Assembly (NCBI RefSeq): GCF_000143415.4
Contig: NW_003314280.1
Location: forward strand, 1,843,549-1,907,548
DNA from: Selaginella moellendorffii
Lineage: Eukaryota; Plantae; Lycopodiophyta
DNA length: 64,000 nt
Reading direction: 5' to 3'
Part shown: one piece after another, positions 1 to 10,723 of the stretch
Numbering within the stretch: the stretch's first letter is position 1
Layout: each line of letters opens with the position of its first letter
Program-made: the position numbers and the translations under genes
The notes under the pieces: generated by a model
Database searches by the model: none
Told to the model about the DNA's origin: nothing
The model's input: the letters and a program-made list of their open reading frames with translations, nothing else

Positions 1-14
1 TTATCTTAATATTA

Positions 15-425
15 ATGGTCATCCAACAAGCAAAATCATTTTCTGCACCATCATTCCAAGATTGTATTAACACTTTTACTATTGCAACTAATGTTGGAGA
101 TTATTGTAATTGTGCATCATTGGTTTGGCTCCAATTTTCTTTAAATGGTTTCCAACATGGTACTTATAGCTTCAGAATTGGTACTTTAGGCATCTTTTTA
201 ACAATTGGCTGGTTCCATGGAAGCACACGTGATGACTTTATAGAAGCTATAGAAGATTTATGGACAATATGTTTAGCTTATAATGAAGGTGGAGGAGTGG
301 TTCTACTTAGAGATGGATCTTTTATGTTACGGGTAGAACATGCTCGAGATGAGTTAAAAATATTTTCAGAAACTATCAAAGTAGATAATCCTGAGTTGCC
401 TACTAAATGCAAAGATTTATCTTGA
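15..425 (+). CDS. Small secreted Cys-containing protein of unknown family; 5' end (signal peptide) probably lies upstream of the window
   Basis: Intronless AT-rich ORF, clearly paralogous to 37650-38027 (QDCI.TF..AT..GDYCNCAS.VW.QF..NGFQ.GTY...GTLGIFLTI); that copy has a full signal peptide. Confidence 0.75.
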   Translation: MVIQQAKSFSAPSFQDCINTFTIATNVGDYCNCASLVWLQFSLNGFQHGTYSFRIGTLGIFLTIGWFHGSTRDDFIEAIEDLWTICLAYNEGGGVVLLRDGSFMLRVEHARDELKIFSETIKVDNPELPTKCKDLS

Positions 426-949
426 TTGTATATGCCTTTAAGCCTTTAATTTAAACATCACTTTAATTTTTATTTTTCTTTCCAAATGATTTCTTCTTTC
501 CTGAGAATTGAGAGAAACAACCTCCTATTGTATCAACTGCATTGGCAAGTGAGGCCCCTATGCTCTGCCACCCATCTCACTTGAAACTTGGATGCCACCA
601 TAGTCAAGCTTGGTCATTGTTTCAACCACAACATCCAGCTGCACATCCAGGAGGTTGTCTTAGTGTATGCTAGAGGGTTGGAAGTTTATACTTTGCATGG
701 CTTGATGACCAGACCATCTCGCTCAAGCTCTATCTAGAGTAGTCTTCACTTGAGGTGTCAGAGATGTCATCTCATTCATCACACTAAATCAAATTCATAT
801 TAAATTTATTATAAGTGAAAGGATAAAATTCTATCATATGAATAAATTTGATATATCTTCCTTTCACTAGTTTACAAATGTCAATTTTCGAGTCATGAAG
901 AATACACAATTTCAAAAATGCTGACAATTGGCTATAGATCTATTTTCAC

Positions 950-1800
950 GATCTCGGGAGCATGGAATCCAAATTTGATATGTCCAAACAGCAAGCATGG
1001 TAGTGTTGGAGTTGCCTAGGCAAAAGCTTGTCAACTGTGTCGAATTGGGTATGGTGATACCTTTCCATAAACACAGACATGTGAATAAACATACCAAAAG
1101 TACTAGTTTTGAAGTTGACATTTGGATATGAAAGATTGTTAAAGCTTTTGGACAAATTGTTCTTAACTAATGGGTCTAGAGTCACTAGGCTTCCATAAGG
1201 AACTCTAGCATCACACTATAGTTTCAGTGAAGAGGAAGACGCTTACCATGGGCGAAATGTCTATCCCTATGGAATGACCATTAATATTTCCAAATCCAAT
1301 CTCCACAAGTAAAGCTTTTTTAATCTAGCAAGGCCTTCTACAAAGTTGTAGAAGCTAATTTCAAGTTGTAGTTATTGTATCTTTTCCAAAATGGATTGTG
1401 TATACTTGAAAACAGATTAGTTTCATGATAGGAAGAAAAAAAAAAAGGGGGCATAAGGCTTAAAGATTTACTCATGCTTTAGTATTGCTTAACAACTTTT
1501 GTGTCATTTTCCTCATTCACAAACAACATTGCTTGAAGTGTGTGGTATGGCTTTAGTTTAAGTTGGTGAATAAATCCCACCACCTGAAATGCAAAATGAA
1601 TGGAGCTATAATTTGCTTTATAAGACAATAATTGATCACCTCCCAAGAAACAAATGCTCCACTAACATCATTCTTTGTGCCATATGCAATTTCCCAACTA
1701 TACATATGGCTTCCAAAGATGACCACCTCATCTGGCTTTTCTGCACTTTTGATCTCTATAATCAAGGTTTTGGAAGTTGTAAGTTTCATCAAACAAAACT
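950..1800 (-). pseudogene. Degenerate M28 metallopeptidase (carboxypeptidase Q-like) remnant
   Basis: Minus-strand fragments in the expected order: IEIKSAEKPDEVVIFGSHMYSWEIAYGTKNDVSGAFVSWE (cf. GGHLDSWD..G..DDGGG), LKLKPYHTLQAMLFVNEEN (cf. RPKRTLR..LW..EE), GIDISP, YHHTQFDTVDKL; metal ligands mutated and frames broken. Confidence 0.7.
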
Positions 1801-2004
1801 ATTAGAATTGGTATTACAAAGGCTTGTTGAGCCTGCAACAACATATTATATTTGTTAGCATAATACTAGGGTAAAAGTGAACATGAGAAACTAGGGCAAA
1901 GCAAAAGCTTGTACCACCGAGAAAGGGGGAATAATCAAACTTGCCTTGATTGACCTATGACACTAGCAAATATTCCACCACATGGCATATTGCATGGCAA
2001 ACTC

Positions 2005-3432
2005 TTTTAAAAATATGGAAGCACAAAGTTAGTGGGAGTACTAGTGATCCAAACAAATCTCTAAGGACCTAATATGTTCCTTAGTCCAACACATATGCAA
2101 TTTTCAATTAATCTCCTCATAATAGAATTCCTTGCTCACTAGAAAATTTTCCCAGCCAAGAAAAGGTGGCACTTTGTTCTTAGCTCCCAAGATCTAAATA
2201 GGTTTGCAACTATCCTTTGTCCGCTTACATCTAGCAGATTGCTTAGATCTACCAGAATTGAGGCCAAGAGGTGCTATTTTATGTAGATTCCACTACATTG
2301 TGCCTAGATGAGAATCTAGTGAGCTTCAAGAGAAATAAATAATGAAATTGCTCAAGGACACCCTATTGCTAGTGGTTAATTGTGAGTTACAAATAAAACT
2401 CTCTAAAACACTCTAAAAATCATGAGAAATAGAATGCAATCTCAATTTTCCTCACTACTTATTAATATCATACTTTTAAACACTGTTAAACACTTCAGAA
2501 AGGGGGTGAGCCCAACCTAACCCATCACCCTTCTTTTTACAGCTAGTTCTCCACTGATTTATTCTAAATCTTTGCAATCTTTTAGTGTAAATTTTCCTCC
2601 CACAACTCCTAGGGAATATCTATGCATCTTTATGTCATACCTTAGATACCATGTCAATCAAACATGACTTCTTCTTCTCCTCTAACTTCTTTTAGCACTA
2701 TCTAAACCTTGGAAATAGTCGAAATCATATTTAATTGACATGATGTGTAGTGGAGATGCATGAATATTCTTTAGGAGTCATGGGAAGAGAATCTACACTA
2801 AAGGACAATAGAGATTTAGAGCAAATCAACAAAAGAGCCAATTATAAAAAGGACGGTGATAATAAGGAAGGGTTAAGTTAGGCCTCACCTCCTTTATAAA
2901 GTGTTTAATAGTGTTTAAAGGTGTTTAAAAGTGTTTAAAAGTGTTCTTAGAATGATTTTAGTAACTAGTGAGGAGAATTGTGAATGTTAGTGAGATTACA
3001 CTTTGTTTTCATGAGATTTAGAGTGTTTTAGAAAGTTTTGCTTGTAGCTTATGGTCGGCTACTACTAACAAAGCATCCTTGAGCAATTTTGTCAAACAAT
3101 CCTTTATTTATTTCTCTTGCAACTTGTTAGATTCTCATTTGGGCATAGTGTAGTGGAATTTATGTAGTATAATGCCTCTTAACTTCAATTCTAGTAGAGA
3201 CCTTGTTAGATCTAAATAGCTAAAGGATAGTTGCAAACTTATTTAAATCTTGGGAGTTACGAATAAAGCACCACATTTTCTTGGCTGGGAAAAGTCTTAA
3301 GTGAGCAAGATTTCCTAAATCTTGTTATAGGGATGGGAATTGTGTGTGCATCAAATTAAAGGGCCCATGTGGTCCTTAGATATTTTTCTGGATCACTAAT
3401 ACTTTAATTGACTTTGTGCTTTTGCATTTTTG
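2005..3432. repeat. Large diverged inverted repeat (arms ~2005-2670 and ~2720-3432); further partial copies at ~3445-3600 and ~3950-4160
   Basis: e.g. gcacaaagttagtgggagtactagtgatcc (~2021) vs ggatcactaatactttaattgactttgtgc (~3390); catgtcaatcaaacatgacttc (~2650) vs gaaatcatatttaattgacatg (~2721). Confidence 0.8.
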
Positions 3433-4494
3433 AAGGAATTATGAGTGTTAGTGAGATTTCACTTGGTTTTTCATGATCTTTAGAATGTTTTGGAAAGTTT
3501 TGTTTGTAGCTCACGATTGGCCACTAGCAATAAGGCATCCCTAAGCAATTTCATTAAGTAATCATTTGTTTATTTCTCTTGTAGCTTGCTAGATTCTTAT
3601 AAAAAAGTATATAGACTTTAAGAGTAAAGAGATATGGGGAGCCAAAGGTGGTAGTGAACAAGCAAGAAGTTGAAAAGAAATGAGATGAAAAAATGGTTGT
3701 ATAGAAATAATTTCCTTAGATACAAAGATTCTCAAAATGCAAGGTGAGAAGGAATTTGCAAGGCTAGCAAAAGAGAATAGCTAAAGGAAGCCAAGTGAAG
3801 CTAAAATGGCTAATAAAGAACTTATGGAGAATGTTATAATAATAAAAGAAGTAACATGTACCACCTGAGGAAGGGGGAATAGTAAAACTCACCCTAATTG
3901 GCCACGTCACTAATAGATATTTTTCCATATAGCCAATTGCACAGAGAATTTCTTCACTAACTTTAACACTTTTAAATGCCTTTAAACACTTTAGAAAGGT
4001 TAGTTTAACCCTTCTCACCCTCTTTTTTATATCCAACTTTCCCACCAATTTATTTTAAATCTTTGCTATCTTTTAGTGTAGATTCTCCTCCCAGAACTCT
4101 TAGGGAATATTTGTGCATCTCCACATTACATATTAAATACCATGTCAATTGAACATGATTTCCACTCTTACCAAAGTTTAGTTGAAACAAATTTTTGGAT
4201 GCTAGATTTGGTGGGGTGGTAGGGATTGCTACTATAGTTGTGGCAAATGGTAGATGGAGGAAAGTTAGTGTTACAGAGGGAATCCACATGATTTTTCCTC
4301 CAATGTGCTCATTGAGGAGGTTCATAGAGTCCTTAGCAGCGACATGAGGACTACAATATCTTTGAAGGGGGAGCCAGCGAACAAACTTAGTATATTAAAC
4401 ACAAGATTAAGCTAATTGAATTTCTGATAGAATAGGCCAGTATATTCACACATATTCCAAATATACCCAACAAAGGAGTTTTTTCTTGGCTCTA

Positions 4495-5129
4495 CTAGAA
4501 AATTCTCGGCCACTTTGAAGAGGAGCTCTTGCTGCGGCTGTTGCTGCTGCTCGTTCCACACTCACTCCCTGTCCTGATCGACAGAGCTTGCAAAAACCTG
4601 GAAGCCAAGTCACCGCCACCACCACCATTCCTTCCGGCAACACTGGAGCTCATAGCTTGGCATGCGTGATCCGCCGGGAACCTGTGCTTCATGCAGGTGT
4701 TCTTGCTACAGACCTTGCAATGGAACTTGTTGGAGAAGGTGAGAACCTCTTTGCATCCTCGCACGGAGCACTTTGGTTTCTTCATCACGCGGTCGTAGTT
4801 GCTTGGGTCGCAAGACGTTTGGAGGTGTCTCTCGATTGTGGAATTGGGATCCTCGCCCGCCACCGTCTTGACGCCCGAGGCACAAAAGGGGCAAACGATC
4901 ACTGTCGAGTCCTTGGCGCCCGCCTTGGGGCATTCGTGAGCTGTGTAGGATCGATGATCCAAGCAAAACACCTAGAAGAAGAGAATTTGTTTGGAATCCC
5001 CTGATCTAGGAAGCAAGAGAATTTTACCTGTGAGCAGGCATCGCATTTGAAGGGCAGGAAATCGAGCTGCCCACACGAGGAATGGCTGCAGTGCTTGCCG
5101 AGATTTGGAAACGCCTCCGTGCCCCCCAT
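4495..5129 (-). CDS. Double AN1 zinc-finger stress-associated protein (SAP / ZFAND2-like); exons 5129-5028 and 4971-4495
   Basis: FPNLGKHC...[24 protein letters not shown] and a second AN1 finger (C.VRGCKE.LTFSN...C..C....C.KHRFP.DH.C); 56-bp GT-AG intron. Confidence 0.93.
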
Positions 5130-5311
5130 AGAAATGATGCAAATGAAGAACCCTAAATCGCGACAGTACTTTTGTAAGTATACCTTTCACGCGGTTAAGC
5201 TCGGCTTCTTGGAAGCATCGCAAAAACCATTTCTTTGAAACTTTCTCTACTCGAACATACGAGGAGCGTCTAGAAAAATCGCTAGATTTGCACGTAATCG
5301 AGTTTATGCTC

Positions 5312-7620
5312 TCACATTGTTCTCTTTGCCTCTGAGCTTGTCTGGAAAAAAAAAAACAAAGAAAACAGAGTTAGCTGATCGAACCGGAGAGATTCATCCA
5401 CATACCAGACTGGGCGAGAACCGCGGACCATCCCTGAAGCTTGTACCTCGGAGGCTTTTTGTTCTGGAAATCCACCTGCGACTCGGCAAGCTGGGCTTTG
5501 TTCATCGATGGCTGCATCGTTGCCTTCTTCCTCACCACCGGGATCACCACTCTGCGCTCTTCCAAGTTTGGCTTCCTCGTTGGTATGCATATAGTGGCTT
5601 TCTTCCCATCCTCGGCAGCTCTCTCGTCGGCTTTGATCATCGTCGCTTGAGGAGCATGTCTTCCTTTCCACTTTGGTGACAAACTTTGCTCCACCACTGC
5701 TGCGCGTCGGCTTCCCTTCCATGGTGGCGACGAAGTTTGCTCGTGAGTGATTGCTGCCTGTTGAGCGTGAAAAGCCCGTTCTCTTCCTGTTGGCGACGAT
5801 GGTTGCCCGCACCCTGCTGTTGCTGTGGCGAGCTGAGCGAGTCGGCCTTTCCCTGTTGGCGATGAAGATTGGTCGCAAGCTTGGATGTGTCGTTCTCTCC
5901 AAGTTGGCGACGGAGGTTTCTCTAGTGGAATGTTGTGTCGCCCCTTCCACGCTGGCGAAGAAGGCTGCTCGGCTGCTGCGGCGAGCAGAGCGTGTCGTCC
6001 TCCTCTCCATGTCGGGGATGAGGATTGCTCGTGAAGCCTGGATTTCTTGAAGGGGCCCCGGGAGACGGCTCTTTTCCCTTGCATTTCCGACTCAAAGAGT
6101 GGATTCTCTCTCCTGTCGAACTCGTCACCCGTTACCTCGCCTTCTCTAGTCGGCTCCTCCGTTGGTCTTTGATATGTGGATGGAAGCCTTCGTTTGTTTT
6201 CGGTGGCTTTTGCGGCCTGCGTCGTGTCAAGATGTTTACTGTCAGGAGGAGGTTTAGCTTGGTTGGGACCTTGCAGCTGGAGAGGCCTTGCGGCAGAGAC
6301 TTTCTTTGATATGGTGCAAGCTCGTCGCTTCAGAAACGTAGGAACTTCCCGAGGCTGCAAAAAGATGGTTGTAATTGTTTGTTTTCATGGAAATGTCAAA
6401 TGTTTCTTGCCTTAGGCGGGGTACCATTATGGTGACTCGGTCGATCTTCGATCTGTCGAGTCGATCCCCCATCGGCAGGCTCAATGTTGTCCGTAAGAGC
6501 GGGAGGAGGCTTTGCTGAAAGCAGCGTATTGTTAGAAAAAAAGAACAAATTATTAAAAAAAAACATTTTTTCACCTTCAATAACAAGCTTTTTACTTTCA
6601 TCGTCGCTCGCAGGTAGACTCACAATCGGAGCTTTGCATTCTTGGATTGAGAGCAGCTTTTGGACAAGAACCTGCGCACACAAGTTCGAAAATGAAAAAG
6701 TCAGGCTACTCAAGTCATACGTACCACGAGGTTTGTAAGTTCTCTTGTTGCAGAGATTCGAAACTCGTTGAGCTCGTGGATAACGTTTTGCTGGTACTGT
6801 ACATGCTTTTGCAACTCCTGAAAGAGATGGAAAAATATACAAGAATTCTCGGGCGGCAAAAAGTTCAAAGTACCTGGACAAAAGTTTGATTCGTAGCAAG
6901 AGCGGTTGACTTTTGGCTTGCGAGAACCATGTTGAGCAACTTGACATCGTCCTTCTCTGGCTTCTTCTTGTTCTTCTGTCCAAGCTGCAATTTCATCCTC
7001 TTTTTAACTTTCTTACGCTTGCGCTGCTGCTTTTCTTTTGCCAAGGCCATCTCGGACCACGCCTTTTGCATTTCAGTCTCCAGGTATTGCAAAAGATTGG
7101 GGCTCCCCCTCAGAAACTGCATATCACAAGCCAGGTCTGGCTTGTTTTTCATGGTAGGAGGTGTCGACGTCGTCTTCTGCGAAAGCTGCTGCGTTTGAAG
7201 TGACTCTAACCGGCGGATGTCCTCGTCGAAATTGTTATCCCCGTCGTCACCATCGTCATCGTCATCGCCACTGCTTGAGGTCGAACAGTTGCTTAAGATA
7301 TGGCTCTTCTTCAACGCCAAAAAGTCTGCATTGCAACGATCGAAGCATGTCAAAACCACGAAGAAAATACAAAGAAAAGATCGAATGCCAAAAAAAGGAG
7401 AAAATGCGCACTACCTCTACGAACTTTGATCCTGTGCATTGCTAACTTGGCAGCTACATCGCCATCTTCACTCCCGAAAGCTTCTTCTACCTCCACACTC
7501 CGACCTGTAGAACCCGTGTAAAGAAAAAATCATGAGAACCGCTAGGATGAATTACCAGAAGAAGTTTTTGTTGGCCGAGACCAGTCTTTAGATTTAAACG
7601 CCTTAGATCTTGCTTCCTAA
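5312..7620 (-). CDS. Multi-exon basic/low-complexity protein of unknown function with SP-containing repeats; boundaries approximate
   Basis: Coding-like minus-strand segments separated by short T-rich GT-AG introns; acidic run GDDDDDGDDGD, basic KRKKVKKR, ORF 5371-6360 with repeated (E/D/G)Q.SSP(T/A/P)(W/G)(K/R)GR-type units. Confidence 0.5.
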
Positions 7621-7787
7621 GAGAAGAATTCTTATTCAGGTGAAAGACGAGAGAAAGAAACGAACCAGTTCCGCAGCTGTGAGCTTGAGCGTCTTGAGAT
7701 CGCGCACAGTGTTCTAGGTAGAACAAAAGAGCAGGATTTTCAAAGCGAAACAAAGATTTTCAAGCTACTTACGTCCCAATCCGGCCG

Positions 7788-10670
7788 GTGCTTGCGCGGC
7801 ACAGAAGATCGCACATAGATCCCACCCGCGGCGCCTCGAATCACCATAATGCCACATCGGCCGAGAGCCCTAGTTCTTGTTCTTCCATTCCCTGCGCCAA
7901 GAGCGCCAAGAACACTCTTAACGGTGAAAATATTTCCAACTCAAACTATACTTTTAGGGCTCTTCAAATGCCTGGGGAAATCGAGCGATGGCGCGGCTCC
8001 AATGCGCTGCCAATAGCCGTGGATTCCTCTTCCAAGGCAAGTGTGAGCTCCATTCTGGCGGATTTGAAGGCCTCCAGGAGATTGCGCGATCTCGAGCGGG
8101 GCAAGTCGGTTGCGGCCGATGCGTTCCGGCAAGGGATGGATTCCAATCTCTATGTTGCGAGCAGCCTCATCGGCTTGTACGCCAAGTGTGGAAGGATGAT
8201 CGAGGCGCAGCGCGTGTTTGACGCCATGGAGCATCGCGATCTCGTGGCCTGGAATGCGCTCATCCTGGGGTACGCTTGCAATGGGGAGTGTGAGACCTCG
8301 CTCGAGCTCTTCTCGCGCCTGTGTAGCAGCACAGAGGTAAATAGCTGCGTCCCGGATTCTTGGAGCTTCCTTGCCGCGCTTAAAGCTTGTGTGCTCTTGA
8401 CAGGACGCATGGAAGAACACGATGGAAAGCTTGGAGTTTTGGAGAAGTCCATGGCCTTGCATTGCCGGATTGCGAGCAACGGCTGCGAGGAGATCATCGT
8501 GGCCAACACCTTGATCGATTTGTATGCCAAGTGTGGAAGCATGCCAGATGCTCGAAGAGTCTTCGATGGATTGGAGCATCGAGACGTTGTCTCGTGGACA
8601 GCCTTGCTGCTCGGGTACGTCGAAAACGGGCAAGGCAATGCTGCTCTTGAGTTGCTACCGATGATGGAATCTCACGAGTGTTTTCCAGATGCCCGGCTCT
8701 TCGTCGCCGCGATCAAAGCTTGCAGCAGCCTTGCGGCGAGCGAACAAGGGAGGCAAGTCGACGGCATGGTCGTGAGCATGGCGGCCCTGGAGAAAGGCAT
8801 GGCTGTCCACTCCAGGAGCAAGCTCCACGAGTCGAGCAACATCTACGTTGGAAGCAGCCTTGTGGACATGTACGCGAAGTGTGGCAGCATGGCGGATGCC
8901 TCTCGTGTGTTTGGACGGATGAAGCAGCGAGACGTGATCTCCTGGAACGCTTTGATTCTCGGGTACGCGGAGAACGGCGAAGCCGAGAGAGCTCTGGAGC
9001 TCTTCGTGGCGATGCAAGCCGGTGGCTGCCCTCCAGATTCCCGGACGTTCGTCGCCGCTCTGAAAGCTTGCTCCAGGCTCGCAGTGACGGCCGACTTTGG
9101 CGACCAGAGGCACGGCAAGATGGAAGTGTTGGAGAAGAGCATGGCGTTGCACTCTCAGGCTCGGAAAGCTGGCGGCTGCGATTCGAGTCTATACGTCGGA
9201 AGCAGCTTGGTGGACGTGTACTCCAAGTGTGCCAGCATGGGAGACGCTTCGTCCGTGTTTGAGAAGATGGCGCAGCGGAATGTGGTCGCGTGGACAGCTC
9301 TGATACTCGGCTATGCCGATAACGGGCAGGAGAGGCTGGCGCTGGAAACGTTTCGGTGCCTGCGGGGCGGAGGCGTGGTGCCGAATGCCTTGACGTACGT
9401 CGCTTGTCTCAAGGCTTGCAGCGGCCTTGCGAGCGACGAGGAGACCAGAGAACTTGACGGGAAGCTCGTGAAGATGGTGTCCTTGGAGAATGCTCTGGCC
9501 GTTCACTCGCAAGCTGCGAGAGACAACTGCGACAGGGATATGTTGGTGGCGAGCAGATTGATCGATGCTTACGCCGAGAGCCAGAGCATGGATGACGCTG
9601 CGAGGGTGTTTGCCGGGATGCCGGACCGGGACGCGGTGGCCTGGAACGAGCTTATGCTGGGGTACGTTGAGAACGGTGACGGGGAGCTGGCTCTGGAGGC
9701 GTTCACGGGCATGAGACGAGACGGCTGTGTTCCAAACGCTGGGACCTTTGTCGCTGCTCTGAAAGCTTGCATCAGGATCTCGGCGAAAGAAGAGTGGCAG
9801 AAAGTTGACGGGTCGGGCGTGAAGCTGCGAAGTCTCGAGACGGGCATGGCGATACACTCTCACGCCGCGGCTCAAAGTCTCGACTCGGACGTGTACGTCG
9901 CGAACACCTTGCTCGACATGTACGCCAACTGCGGTGGAATGCTGGAAGCCGAGAGAGTCTTCGGCGACATGCCACGCCCCGGGGTGGTCTCCTGGACGGC
10001 TCTGATATCCGGATACACCGAGAACGGGCAAGGCAGGGTGGCGCTGGAGCTTCTCTCTCGGATGGAGACCCAAGGCTGCCAACCGGACGCTCGGACGCTT
10101 GCGATCGCGTTGAAGGCCTGCGGCAGTGTCGGGGCTCTGGAAGCTGGCATGGCGATCCACGGCGACGTCTGCAAGCGGGGGCTCGAGAGCGATACAGTGG
10201 TGGTGACTTGCTTGATAGATTTCTACGCCAAGTGTGGGAGCATGGCTTCCTCCCAGCAGGTGTTTGATGCGCTTGCTTCCAGAGACGCAGTGGCCTGGAC
10301 TGCATTGCTCGCCGGGTACAGCCGCGGAGGGGACGCCGCTCTGGTGTTCGAGACCTTCCACGAGATGGTCGACGAAGGTGTCAAAGTCTGCGGCATGGGA
10401 TTTCAATGCCTTCTGGCCGTGTGCAGTCATTCCGGCCTGGTCGACACTGGGAGGCTCTGCTTCGACGCGATGCAGTCCAAGTACAAGGTGAGGCCCGGCC
10501 GCGAGCACTACCACTGCGTCATCGATCTTCTCAGCCGGGCCAACCAGCTCGAGGAAGCTCTGGATATGGTGGAAGCTATGCCTTTCGAGCCAACGTTTGT
10601 TACGTGGACGACGGTGCTGAGTGCTTGGACTCGGATCCAAGTTAACATTCTAAAGTTCTCTCCTGGCTGA
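7788..10670 (+). CDS. PLS-class pentatricopeptide repeat protein ending in a truncated E domain, no DYW; first in-frame ATG ~7968
   Basis: Intronless 960-aa ORF with repeated L(I/V)DMYAKCGS...A..VF..M..RDVV.W.ALI.GY..NG triplets and terminal HYHCVIDLLSRA...MPFEP..VTWTTVLSA. Confidence 0.95.
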   Translation: MLARHRRSHIDPTRGASNHHNATSAESPSSCSSIPCAKSAKNTLNGENISNSNYTFRALQMPGEIERWRGSNALPIAVDSSSKASVSSILADLKASRRLRDLERGKSVAADAFRQGMDSNLYVASSLIGLYAKCGRMIEAQRVFDAMEHRDLVAWNALILGYACNGECETSLELFSRLCSSTEVNSCVPDSWSFLAALKACVLLTGRMEEHDGKLGVLEKSMALHCRIASNGCEEIIVANTLIDLYAKCGSMPDARRVFDGLEHRDVVSWTALLLGYVENGQGNAALELLPMMESHECFPDARLFVAAIKACSSLAASEQGRQVDGMVVSMAALEKGMAVHSRSKLHESSNIYVGSSLVDMYAKCGSMADASRVFGRMKQRDVISWNALILGYAENGEAERALELFVAMQAGGCPPDSRTFVAALKACSRLAVTADFGDQRHGKMEVLEKSMALHSQARKAGGCDSSLYVGSSLVDVYSKCASMGDASSVFEKMAQRNVVAWTALILGYADNGQERLALETFRCLRGGGVVPNALTYVACLKACSGLASDEETRELDGKLVKMVSLENALAVHSQAARDNCDRDMLVASRLIDAYAESQSMDDAARVFAGMPDRDAVAWNELMLGYVENGDGELALEAFTGMRRDGCVPNAGTFVAALKACIRISAKEEWQKVDGSGVKLRSLETGMAIHSHAAAQSLDSDVYVANTLLDMYANCGGMLEAERVFGDMPRPGVVSWTALISGYTENGQGRVALELLSRMETQGCQPDARTLAIALKACGSVGALEAGMAIHGDVCKRGLESDTVVVTCLIDFYAKCGSMASSQQVFDALASRDAVAWTALLAGYSRGGDAALVFETFHEMVDEGVKVCGMGFQCLLAVCSHSGLVDTGRLCFDAMQSKYKVRPGREHYHCVIDLLSRANQLEEALDMVEAMPFEPTFVTWTTVLSAWTRIQVNILKFSPG

Positions 10671-10723
10671 AGGAACAAGAACTCGATCTTACAAGCTAGA
10701 AAACATAGGATAAGGCTACTACA

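Noticed and set aside
7941-10640. Long antisense/alternate-frame ORFs over the PPR genes (also 39488-40411) and 55911-57053 over the peroxidase
   Set aside because: Shadow ORFs of GC-rich coding sequence
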